A program made the translations under genes and the position numbers. Shown in pieces: positions 19,782-28,488 of a stretch of DNA of 64,000 bases; within the stretch, counting starts at the first letter, position 1, and each line of letters begins with the position of its first letter. The notes beneath the pieces were generated by a model. The model was given only the letters and a program-made list of their open reading frames with translations, was not told the DNA's origin and made no database searches. The DNA is taken from NCBI GenBank assembly GCA_964352815.1, contig CAYGTO010000001.1:154820-218819 (forward strand), written 5' to 3'. This DNA comes from an uncultured Azospirillaceae bacterium (lineage in GTDB: Bacteria; Pseudomonadota; Alphaproteobacteria; Rickettsiales; UBA3002).

Positions 19782-21101
19782 CTACGCCGCCTTACTTCCA
19801 GGCGTGCCATTCTCGCCAAACGGATCGGTCATCAGCATCGTATCTTCGCGGCGCGGGCTGGTGGAGACCAGCGCAACCTCGCAGCCGATCAGCGTTTCGA
19901 TGCGTTTAATGTAGGCCACCGCATTGGCCGGCATATCGCTGAGTGATTGAATCCCCTCGGTCACCGACTTCCAGCCCGGCATGCTCTCATAGATCGGCGT
20001 GACTTCCGCTTGCAGCGCCTCGGCAGAAGGGAGGTAGTCATAGCGTTCGCCGTTAATTTCATAGCCGGTGCAAATCTTGATTTCGTCACACTCATCGAGC
20101 ACGTCAATCTTCGTCAGGGCGATGCCGTGAATGCCCGAAATGGTCACGGCTTGGCGCACAAGCACTGCATCGAACCAGCCACAGCGGCGTTTACGCGCCG
20201 TAACAGTGCCGAACTCGTGCCCCCGTTTCCCAAGAAGTTCACCAATGTCGTTATCTTGTTCGGTTGGGAATGGGCCGCTACCAACGCGCGTGCTGTAGGC
20301 TTTAGTAATGCCGAGCACATAGTCCACGGCTGACATCGGGCTGCCTGAGCCGGTCGTGGCGGCGCCTGCCATCGTGTTGGACGAGGTCACATAAGGGTAC
20401 GTGCCGTAATCGACATCCAGCATGATGCCTTGCGCCCCTTCATAAAGGATACGTTTGCCATCACTGCGCGCTTCCTCAAGTAGGCGCCAGACTGGGGTGG
20501 CAAAGGGCAGAATTTGTGGCGCAAGCACAAGTAATTCTTGAAGCAGATTATGCACGCTAAACTCTTCCAAACCCGAAGCACGCAGTAGCGCATTATGATG
20601 AGAAAGCATGTTCCGAAGCTTGGCTTCGAGCACGTCTTTATCCACCAGATCACAAATCCGAATGGCGCGGCGAGCAATCTTATCTTCATAGGCGGGGCCA
20701 ATGCCGCGGCCGGTCGTGCCGATTTTTTCTTTTCCGCGCAGCGCTTCGGCGGCGGCATCAAGCTGCGGGTGGACGGGGAGAATCAGTGTGCAATTCTCAG
20801 CGATCTTTAGATTATCCGGGGTGATGGTAACGCCCTGCTCGGTGAGCTTATCGATTTCTTTCAGAAGCGCGACAGGGTCGACGACGACGCCATTACCGAT
20901 CACACTGATTTTTCCGGGGCGCACGATGCCTGATGGAAGCAGGCTGAGTTTATAGGTAACGCCGTCAATGACCAGCGTATGCCCGGCATTATGCCCGCCT
21001 TGAAACCGCACGACGACATCGGCGCGTTCAGACAGCCAATCGACGATTTTCCCTTTTCCTTCATCTCCCCATTGGGAGCCGATGACGGCTACATTTCGCA
21101 T
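19782..21101 (-). CDS. purA: adenylosuccinate synthase
   Basis: [28 protein letters not shown], and the TKIDVLD-type motif. Confidence 0.93.
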   Translation of the reverse strand: MRNVAVIGSQWGDEGKGKIVDWLSERADVVVRFQGGHNAGHTLVIDGVTYKLSLLPSGIVRPGKISVIGNGVVVDPVALLKEIDKLTEQGVTITPDNLKIAENCTLILPVHPQLDAAAEALRGKEKIGTTGRGIGPAYEDKIARRAIRICDLVDKDVLEAKLRNMLSHHNALLRASGLEEFSVHNLLQELLVLAPQILPFATPVWRLLEEARSDGKRILYEGAQGIMLDVDYGTYPYVTSSNTMAGAATTGSGSPMSAVDYVLGITKAYSTRVGSGPFPTEQDNDIGELLGKRGHEFGTVTARKRRCGWFDAVLVRQAVTISGIHGIALTKIDVLDECDEIKICTGYEINGERYDYLPSAEALQAEVTPIYESMPGWKSVTEGIQSLSDMPANAVAYIKRIETLIGCEVALVSTSPRREDTMLMTDPFGENGTPGSKAA

Positions 21102-21103
21102 AA

Positions 21104-22054
21104 TTATCCTTTGGTTGCAGTGTGTTCGATGAGATCATCCAAATAAACGGTGAGCCCGGTTGCCGGGTCGCCATACGGGCTGATATAGCGACCGCCACGG
21201 CCAAGTTCGCGGTGGAAGCCTTCCATGAGTAGCGCGAAGCTGAGATCGGTGTGATAACCATAGCCAGAGCTATCGAGCGGGTCGAGGGTAATGCGTAGCT
21301 TCGTGTTTTTGAGCGCGCTCGTGAGGGCGTCAAGCATGGCCAGGCATGTCTCGATCGTATCTGAAAGTGTGGTGCTGTCCTTTTGATAGCGGGTTAGCAG
21401 CTGCACGCCTTCGTCGCATGGCCCGGAGAAGAGGAGCAAAGCGCGATAGTCGCCATAGCCAGCCGCCTCCAACTGAGAAACCGATTTGCGCGCAATGGCT
21501 TCGCTGAGTGTATGGGCGTGTGCTGGGTCGCATGATTTTAGCAATGCGTTGGTTAAAGAGGGAAGCGAAAGAGCGAGGGTGAACGCCGCATCAGGCTGGA
21601 TACGCTGAAGCCCGTCGATCACCGTGTTGATCACGCGTGCATCTTCGGCAACCTCATGTGTGCCAAAAGATTCAAGCCCCACTTGCGTGACCTGGCGGCG
21701 CGTATCGAGCGTGTCGGCCTTCATGCGCAGGTTCGTTCCGCCATAGCTGAGGCGAAGTGGACGTGCTTCTTTTTTAAGTAAGGTGCCGGCAATGCGCGCC
21801 ACTTGCATGGTCATGTCGCCGCGCAACGCAAGAGTTTTGTGTGACAGCGGGTCCACGGCGCGGAACACCGTCTTGCCGTAATGATCGCCGGTGCCTTGGC
21901 AGAGCGAGTCTTCAAACTCCATCATCGCCGGGAAGGTTTCGCCAAAGCCTGCCTCGTCAAACGCCGAGAGCAATGACGCCATCATCACACGCCGGGTTTT
22001 CGCCAGCGGCGGCGTAAGGTCCGAAAAGCCGGATGGGAGTAAGGGCGTCGTCAT
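21104..22054 (-). CDS. hisZ: ATP phosphoribosyltransferase regulatory subunit
   Basis: HisRS-paralogue pattern (P.G..D..P, LRGDMT.QVARI, GGRY) and the conserved hisZ-purA adjacency. Shorter (316 aa) than typical. Confidence 0.7.
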   Translation of the reverse strand: MTTPLLPSGFSDLTPPLAKTRRVMMASLLSAFDEAGFGETFPAMMEFEDSLCQGTGDHYGKTVFRAVDPLSHKTLALRGDMTMQVARIAGTLLKKEARPLRLSYGGTNLRMKADTLDTRRQVTQVGLESFGTHEVAEDARVINTVIDGLQRIQPDAAFTLALSLPSLTNALLKSCDPAHAHTLSEAIARKSVSQLEAAGYGDYRALLLFSGPCDEGVQLLTRYQKDSTTLSDTIETCLAMLDALTSALKNTKLRITLDPLDSSGYGYHTDLSFALLMEGFHRELGRGGRYISPYGDPATGLTVYLDDLIEHTATKG

Positions 22055-22239
22055 AACCTATTGACATTCCATGTGTTGATGGCAAGAAGCTGTTATAGGC
22101 GAGGGGAGGCGGCGCGTCAAGTGTGGAGATGGTCTAAAGCCCCGGGTTTCCCTTGAGAATTCATTGCTTTCTGATTACCCACAAGTAACTAGCGCATGAT
22201 GGCGGCATCCGTTATAGTGGCGCCAAGATTGAGGAATAT

Positions 22240-23454
22240 ATGTCTGATTATAGCCCCCGCCAGAGTAGAAAAAAGAAAGAACGCGTTGTGTTTATTGCCA
22301 TGATCATGGTGATTGGGCTCGCGCTGTGGTTCGGCTCATCCTTGGTGATTGCGCCTTCGCGTGACGATGATGAAACGATCGACACGATTGATTCCAAAGC
22401 GAAGTTGGAATCGATTCTGACGGTTGAGCAGGTGAATGGCGAGCCACACCGTAGGATTATTCGGATCAATGGTGAGACCGAAGCCAGCAGGATGGTCGCG
22501 CTTTTAGCGGAGACATCGGGCAAAGTGGTTGAAATTCCAGTAAAAGAGGGCCAATCCGTTACCAAAGGCACAGTGATTTTTAAGATTGATGAGCGTGATC
22601 GTCGGGCACAGTTGAAACGTGCGCAGGCTTCGCTAAAGCAGCGGCAGATTCAGTATAGTGCCGCAAAAAAGCTGCAAGAGCAGGGCTTTCAGAGTGAAGT
22701 GCGTTTGGCAGAGTCCTTTGCCAATTTGGAGTTTGCTAAGGCGGAGCTTGAGAATATTCAGCAAGATCTTGACTTCACGCGCTTGAAAGCACCGTTTGAC
22801 GGGGTGATTGAGGCGATCGATGTCGAAGTTGGCGATTTTGTCTTCGCGGGTGCGCCGGGGAATATTCCAAGCGGTGCGCCGGTAACCATTATCGATATGG
22901 ATCCGATGATCGTGAAAGGCTTTATCTCTGAGAATGACCGCGCGCTGGTGAGTGTGGGTGATATTGCCAAAGTCGAATTTAGCGATGGCCGTGTGCTGGA
23001 AGGAACGATTGCCTATCTCGCATCGGCGTCTGAGACGGCAAGTCGCAGCTTTCGTATTGAGATTGAGCTCGCAAATGCGGATGGTAGGGTGGCATCGGGT
23101 GTGACCGCGACGCTGCTAGTGCCGACTGAAGAGATGACCGCATATAAGGTCTCCTCATCGGTGTTGTCGCTTGATGATCAGGGCAGCGTAGGCGTCAAAC
23201 ATTTGAACAGCCAAAATGAGGTGGTGTTTAGCCGCATTGAAATCATTGAAGAGGTGAAAGGCGGCGTCTGGGTGACCGGGCTGCCAGGCCAAGTGCGGTT
23301 GATTACCGGCGGGCATGCCTTTGTCAATAAAGGGCAAAAAATTCCGAATGATCTGATCAGTGAAATCGAAACGACGCCTACCATAGCCGCAACACCTATG
23401 GAGCCAGCGGTGTTACCCGTCATGCTCGAATCGACCTCGAATGCGGCGGAGTAA
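22240..23454 (+). CDS. RND efflux periplasmic adaptor (membrane fusion protein)
   Basis: N-terminal TM helix, then lipoyl, coiled-coil hairpin and beta-barrel pattern (G.V..I.VKEGQSV.KG..I..ID, APFDGVI). Immediately upstream of the RND pump. Confidence 0.85.
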   Translation: MSDYSPRQSRKKKERVVFIAMIMVIGLALWFGSSLVIAPSRDDDETIDTIDSKAKLESILTVEQVNGEPHRRIIRINGETEASRMVALLAETSGKVVEIPVKEGQSVTKGTVIFKIDERDRRAQLKRAQASLKQRQIQYSAAKKLQEQGFQSEVRLAESFANLEFAKAELENIQQDLDFTRLKAPFDGVIEAIDVEVGDFVFAGAPGNIPSGAPVTIIDMDPMIVKGFISENDRALVSVGDIAKVEFSDGRVLEGTIAYLASASETASRSFRIEIELANADGRVASGVTATLLVPTEEMTAYKVSSSVLSLDDQGSVGVKHLNSQNEVVFSRIEIIEEVKGGVWVTGLPGQVRLITGGHAFVNKGQKIPNDLISEIETTPTIAATPMEPAVLPVMLESTSNAAE

Positions 23455-23457
23455 CCC

Positions 23458-26400
23458 ATGGTAAGTGCCCTGATTGATGCCGCTGTTGATCGCTGGCGCA
23501 CAGTGCTCATGATGCTTGGCTTTATCTTGGTGATGGGCAGCGCGTCCTACGTGTTGATTCCAAAAGAGGCGGCGCCGGACATTAATATTCCGCTAATATA
23601 CGTATCCGTTACGCTCGAGGGGATTTCCGCTGAAGATGCGGAACGGCTGCTAGTGCGCCCGCTTGAGAAAGAGCTCAGCTCCGTCGATAATGTGAAGGAG
23701 ATGCGTGCTGAGTCAATTCTTGGCTTTGCCTCAGTGACGCTGGAGTTTGAAGCCGGCTTTGATGCGGACACTGCGCTGAATGATGTGCGCGCGGCGGTGG
23801 ATCTCGCGAAGCCGGAACTTCCTGAGGATGCTGATGAGCCGAAAGTGACCGAGCTCAACTTCAGTACCTTTCCGATTCTGAATATCAATCTGACCGGTGA
23901 TGTTGCGGAGCGTACCTTGCTGCGCACCGCGCGCCGGCTTCAAGATCGCCTAGAAACCATCAATAGCGTACTGGAAGTCAAAATTCTTGGCGACCGCGAG
24001 GAGATGCTCGAGATTGTCATCGATCCGCGCACGCTCGAATCGTATAATCTCTCGCCGGAAGATGTGTTCGCCTTTGTACAGAACAACAACATTCTGGTCG
24101 CAGCGGGAAATCTGGATACGGGGAATGGTCGGTTTGCGGTCAAGATTCCAGGGTTGATCGAGACGCTGCGTGATATTTGGGATGTGCCGGTCAAGATTAC
24201 GGATAGCAAAGTGGTGACGCTGAAAGAGATTGCCTCGATTCGTCGGACGTTCAAAGATCGCGAAACCACGGCGCGGGTGAATGAGAAGCCAGGCCTGATT
24301 CTAGCGGTGTCTAAGCGTACCGGCGCGAATATTATTGAGACGGTTGAGGCGGTGCGCGCGATGGTCGAGGAAGAGCGTGCCTTCTGGCCTAGCGGCATGG
24401 AGGTGATTTACTCGCAGGATAATTCGAGCGAGATCATGACGCGCCTAACTGATTTGCAGAATAATATCATGCTCGCCATTTTCTTGGTGATGATCGTACT
24501 GCTCGTCACGCTTGGCGCGCGTTCGGCGTTTCTTGTCTCCTTCGCCATTCCGGGTGCTTTCCTGTTTGGCGTGCTCTTGCTCGCCGTGTCCGGCTTTACC
24601 ATGAATATTGTGGTGCTGTTTGCGCTGATTCTCTCGGTTGGGATGTTGGTCGATTCTGCCATTGTTGTTGCAGAATATGCCGCGCGATTAGTCAGCCAAG
24701 GTGTGCCGCCACGCCTCGCCTATCCGCAGGCGGCCAAACGCATGGCCTGGCCGATCATTGCCTCGACGGCAACGACATTGGTGGTGTTTATGCCGCTGCT
24801 ATTCTGGCCAGGGATGGTGGGGCAGTTCATGCGCTATATGCCATTGACCTTGATCATGACATTGGCCGGCTCACTGCTGATGGCGCTGATTTTTCTACCG
24901 ACGCTCGGCATTCGCCTGACGCCGAAGTCACAGCGTGATCGTGGAACAGTGCACTCATTCGATGAGATTCCGCCCGAGGCAATGGACCAAAGCGAGAAGC
25001 CGGGTGCATTCTCCATGGCCTATGCGGGCTTGCTCGATCGGCTGCTGCATATTCCTGGCCGCGTTGCTGCCGTGATTTTCCTGATTGTGGTTGGGTTGAT
25101 GGTTAGCTTCAGCATGTTCGGCAAAGGCGTGGAGTTTTTCCCAAAAATTGACCCGGAAGTGTCCCAAGTGTTGATCAAAGCGCGTGGCAATCTCTCGGTC
25201 GATGAGAAGGACGCGCTCCTAAAGCAAGTGGAAGCGCGCATTCGCGATATGAAAGAGCTGAAAGTGCGTTCAGCGCGGGCAGGGGCGTTGCCGCGCCGTG
25301 AAATCACCGAAGATACGGTGGCGATCATTGGTATTGAGTTTGTCGATTGGCGCGACCGGCCGAAGGCGGATGTGGTCTTAGAAGAAATCCGCAAACGCAC
25401 GCGCGACATTCCGGGCATTATGATTGAAACGAAAAAACAGGAGAAAGGCCCGCCCGTCGGTAAAGCGCTTCAGCTCGAATTTACCTCGAATAATCCGGAA
25501 GTGCTTGAAGATACGGTGGCGAAAGTGAGCGAAGGGCTTGAGCAAGTAGGTGGTTTTATCAATATTGAAGACACACGGCCGATCCCGCAGATCGAGTGGG
25601 AGTATAAGGTCGATCGCGAGCTGGCAGCGCAATATGGCATCGATATAAATAAGATTGGTCAGGTGGTGCGCATGGTGACCAATGGCTTGATCGTCAACGA
25701 ATATCGCCCGGATGATGCGGATGACGAGCTCGACATTGTTGTGCGGTTCCCCGAGGAATATCGGACGCTAACGCAATTGCAACAGCTGCGCGTGTTTAGC
25801 GGCGGTCAGCAAGTACCGATTAGCCAATATGTTGAGCGGATTCCTAAGCCGAGCGTTGGCACGATCTACAAGATTGAAGGTAAGCGCGTGATGGAGCTGA
25901 AGGCCGATGTTGAACCTGGTTTGGTCGCAGATAAAAAGGTTGGCGAGCTGAAAGCATGGCTGGAAGAGAATATGGAGTTTGACCCGCGCGTTAATGTGGC
26001 GTTTGGCGGAGAAGATGAAGAACAAAAAGAGGCCGGAATCTTCCTTGCAACCGCTTTCTTGATCGCGCTGTTCTCGATGGCGCTGATCATCGTCACGCAG
26101 TTCAATAGCCTCTATGATATGGTGGTGATTATGAGTGCGGTGTTCTTCTCAACCGGAGGGGTGTTGCTTGGGTTGCTCGTGACTGGTCAGCCCTTTGGCA
26201 TAGTGATGTGCGGTGTGGGGGTGATCTCGCTCGCGGGGATTGTGGTGAATAATAACATTATCTTCATCGATACCTATCATATCTTGCTCAAGCAGGGAAT
26301 GAGTGTCCGTGAAGCGCTGATTTACACCGGGATGCAGCGTTTGCGGCCGATTCTATTGACCGCCGGAACAACGGTGCTTGGGTTGCTGCCGATGGTGCTT

Positions 26401-26625
26401 GGGATGAATCTGAATTTCGTCACGCGTGAAGTGACGTTTGGTTCGCCTTCGAGTCAATGGTGGACCCAGCTTTCAACTGCCATTGCTGGCGGGCTGACCT
26501 TTTCGACCGTTTTGACGCTGCTCTTCACCCCATGCCTCATTATGCTATGGCATCGCATTGCGGAGTGGCGTAATAATATGAAAAGTAATAATAATTTAGG
26601 CTCTCCGCCACCGGTTTCTTCATAA
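23458..26625 (+). CDS. RND family efflux permease (AcrB/AcrD/AcrF family)
   Basis: 1055 aa with 12-TM topology and two large periplasmic loops. Typical GMLVDSAIVV and GIVVNNNIIFID motifs. Confidence 0.9.
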   Translation: MVSALIDAAVDRWRTVLMMLGFILVMGSASYVLIPKEAAPDINIPLIYVSVTLEGISAEDAERLLVRPLEKELSSVDNVKEMRAESILGFASVTLEFEAGFDADTALNDVRAAVDLAKPELPEDADEPKVTELNFSTFPILNINLTGDVAERTLLRTARRLQDRLETINSVLEVKILGDREEMLEIVIDPRTLESYNLSPEDVFAFVQNNNILVAAGNLDTGNGRFAVKIPGLIETLRDIWDVPVKITDSKVVTLKEIASIRRTFKDRETTARVNEKPGLILAVSKRTGANIIETVEAVRAMVEEERAFWPSGMEVIYSQDNSSEIMTRLTDLQNNIMLAIFLVMIVLLVTLGARSAFLVSFAIPGAFLFGVLLLAVSGFTMNIVVLFALILSVGMLVDSAIVVAEYAARLVSQGVPPRLAYPQAAKRMAWPIIASTATTLVVFMPLLFWPGMVGQFMRYMPLTLIMTLAGSLLMALIFLPTLGIRLTPKSQRDRGTVHSFDEIPPEAMDQSEKPGAFSMAYAGLLDRLLHIPGRVAAVIFLIVVGLMVSFSMFGKGVEFFPKIDPEVSQVLIKARGNLSVDEKDALLKQVEARIRDMKELKVRSARAGALPRREITEDTVAIIGIEFVDWRDRPKADVVLEEIRKRTRDIPGIMIETKKQEKGPPVGKALQLEFTSNNPEVLEDTVAKVSEGLEQVGGFINIEDTRPIPQIEWEYKVDRELAAQYGIDINKIGQVVRMVTNGLIVNEYRPDDADDELDIVVRFPEEYRTLTQLQQLRVFSGGQQVPISQYVERIPKPSVGTIYKIEGKRVMELKADVEPGLVADKKVGELKAWLEENMEFDPRVNVAFGGEDEEQKEAGIFLATAFLIALFSMALIIVTQFNSLYDMVVIMSAVFFSTGGVLLGLLVTGQPFGIVMCGVGVISLAGIVVNNNIIFIDTYHILLKQGMSVREALIYTGMQRLRPILLTAGTTVLGLLPMVLGMNLNFVTREVTFGSPSSQWWTQLSTAIAGGLTFSTVLTLLFTPCLIMLWHRIAEWRNNMKSNNNLGSPPPVSS

Positions 26626-26633
26626 AACTGTCA
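26617..26633 (+). promoter_or_regulatory. shared upstream motif copy B (TCTTCATAAAACTGTCA) plus TACACT 22 nt downstream
   Basis: Identical 17-mer to 14951-14967. It overlaps the RND gene stop codon. TACACT lies at 26656-26661, and GAGGA (26669-26673) precedes the ATG at 26685. Confidence 0.45.
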
Positions 26634-26684
26634 TAATTTTGTGCCGTAACTCTGATACACTGGAGGATGAGGATATGTAATTTT

Positions 26685-27482
26685 ATGACGATAAGCCCTA
26701 TACAAGCAAGCCAACATGTTCCAGGCCCTGTGAGAGATTTTCTGTCTCACATGAAGGAAAAAATGTTCCCCGAGGTGGGCAAGGCGGGAGAAGCATTACA
26801 TTTGGCTGAGCTCTCCAAAGAAGAGATGTGTAAACATATTCGAGACTATTTGGATAGTTCGGGCATTACGGCGAGTGAGTCTAAAATTGAACTATTAGAA
26901 GCCCTGATTGGTAGAGAGTACCTTTCGCTAAGTGATAAGCCGCTAGAAAGCGCTATTGAAGAAGCGGCTAAGCAATTCCTCAAATTACATGAAAAACTGG
27001 GCAGAGGCGGAATGTCCTTATGTGACACTATTGGACAAGAATTCGCAGGTGAAACATTCACAATCAAAGCGTTTTTAGAAGCAGCAAAAAACCCAGAATC
27101 AGAAATAGCTCAAAAGTGGCGCGCGCTTATCCCTGAATTTGAAGGGAAAATAGCGAATATGACGAATCAGAGCGATGGGCTGATCGCGTTCCGTTCTGCG
27201 GAAAATACGTGGATGGGATTGTGTCATATCTTCAACCCGATCAGTCGCGGGGCAGACGGTGTTTCTTACAGCCCGCTTGGCAAACTCATGGCGTATGGCG
27301 GGGCGTATCTGACCGTTTCCGGCGCGGTTGATTTACTGTTTGGTGAGCGGAATGAAGAAACGGGTAAAGTCGAGGTGGATATTGGTCATGAACTTCCTAA
27401 GACATTGGCTGGAATAGGCCTCATTGCGCTCGCGCTGGGCATGTATGGCCGAAACGCCCCTGGTTTGATGCGCCACCAGTAA
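26685..27482 (+). CDS. hypothetical protein with C-terminal hydrophobic segments
   Basis: No recognisable family. The start is chosen at ATG 26685 (MTISPIQ) because GGAGG abuts the tracked ATG at 26667 with no spacer. Confidence 0.45.
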   Translation: MTISPIQASQHVPGPVRDFLSHMKEKMFPEVGKAGEALHLAELSKEEMCKHIRDYLDSSGITASESKIELLEALIGREYLSLSDKPLESAIEEAAKQFLKLHEKLGRGGMSLCDTIGQEFAGETFTIKAFLEAAKNPESEIAQKWRALIPEFEGKIANMTNQSDGLIAFRSAENTWMGLCHIFNPISRGADGVSYSPLGKLMAYGGAYLTVSGAVDLLFGERNEETGKVEVDIGHELPKTLAGIGLIALALGMYGRNAPGLMRHQ

Positions 27483-27546
27483 TCACTCTACGAAAAACGC
27501 TTGCCAGCGTCGTTCAATCTCAGTACATCTCACATCTATTCTTTAT

Positions 27547-27624
27547 GGCGGGTGTAGCTCAGTTGGTTAGAGCGCCAGTTTGTGGCACTGGAGGCCGTGG
27601 GTTCAATCCCCATCACTCGCCCCA
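27547..27624 (+). tRNA. tRNA-His (anticodon GTG)
   Basis: Hand-folded cloverleaf: G-1, acceptor GCGGGTG/CACTCGC, D arm GCTC-AGTTGGTTA-GAGC, anticodon stem CCAGT/ACTGG with loop TTGTGGC (GTG at 27582-27584), T arm GTGGG-TTCAATC-CCCAT, C73, and encoded CCA. Confidence 0.9.
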
Positions 27625-27644
27625 CTCCTTACGATAAGTGATCG

Positions 27645-28253
27645 TTACTTCACACCCAGCGCGTGGCGCGCTTCTTCCACCTGCTCATTGAGAACACGCA
27701 GCCCTTCTTCGTCGCCATCGAGCGATTTCGCGCGCTTGTGATAGATTGCGGTGACATCATCCGGGGTGGCGCTTGGGCCAAGGCCAAGATAGGTCATCCA
27801 TTCGGGCAGCTCGTAATTGGATGACGTGCTCGCTGCGGCGGCAACACTGTCTTTGCTAAACCCAGCAAAGAGCTGGGGTGTGGTTGCGATGTGCCATTTC
27901 TCACAATTATGCAGTTGGCGCAGCACCATATGCAGCGCATAAACATTTTGTTCAGGAAGCTGCCAATGACTGCTCACCAGCGTGAATTCTTGCTGGTTTA
28001 TTGTGAGAGATATAGCAAAGGCCGAGTCTTTTCTAGACTGGCTACGCTGACGCGGGTTTTTCACATCGTCAAAATAGCTATAGATGGTCGCCTTGCTTAC
28101 CGGCAATGCGCGAATTTCATCTTCAAGATAGGTAAGCGCTTCTTCCAGCGTTAAGCTATTTGAGATATCAGGCGAATACGCACGCTGATTCTGCGAAATA
28201 AACCCAGCGGTGAGTGCTTCGGGAATCGATGATTTGTAAAAAATGTCATGCAT
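27645..28253 (-). CDS. hypothetical protein with J-domain-like C-terminus lacking HPD
   Basis: Start at Met39 (MHDIFYK) with an AGAGGA RBS. The C-terminus WMTYLGLGPSATPDDVTAIYHKRAKSLDGDEE resembles the first helices of a DnaJ J-domain, but the HPD tripeptide is absent. Confidence 0.35.
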   Translation of the reverse strand: MHDIFYKSSIPEALTAGFISQNQRAYSPDISNSLTLEEALTYLEDEIRALPVSKATIYSYFDDVKNPRQRSQSRKDSAFAISLTINQQEFTLVSSHWQLPEQNVYALHMVLRQLHNCEKWHIATTPQLFAGFSKDSVAAAASTSSNYELPEWMTYLGLGPSATPDDVTAIYHKRAKSLDGDEEGLRVLNEQVEEARHALGVK

Positions 28254-28488
28254 GGGCTCATATCCTCTGTGGATATAGTTGTACCACCGAATGGGGGAAT
28301 GTGCAAGGCGTTGTAAATTAAACGAAATTAATGCGCACTGAATGGCTTTTGAACAAGATTGCGTCAAAAATTAAGAAATCATCAACCAAACAAAATTATA
28401 CTGAAAAGAGTCTCTTCATAGCTAACGCTTGGCAATCTGTGCCATTTTAGGCTATAACAAACCTATAATAATAAAAGAAAAGGCGCAT

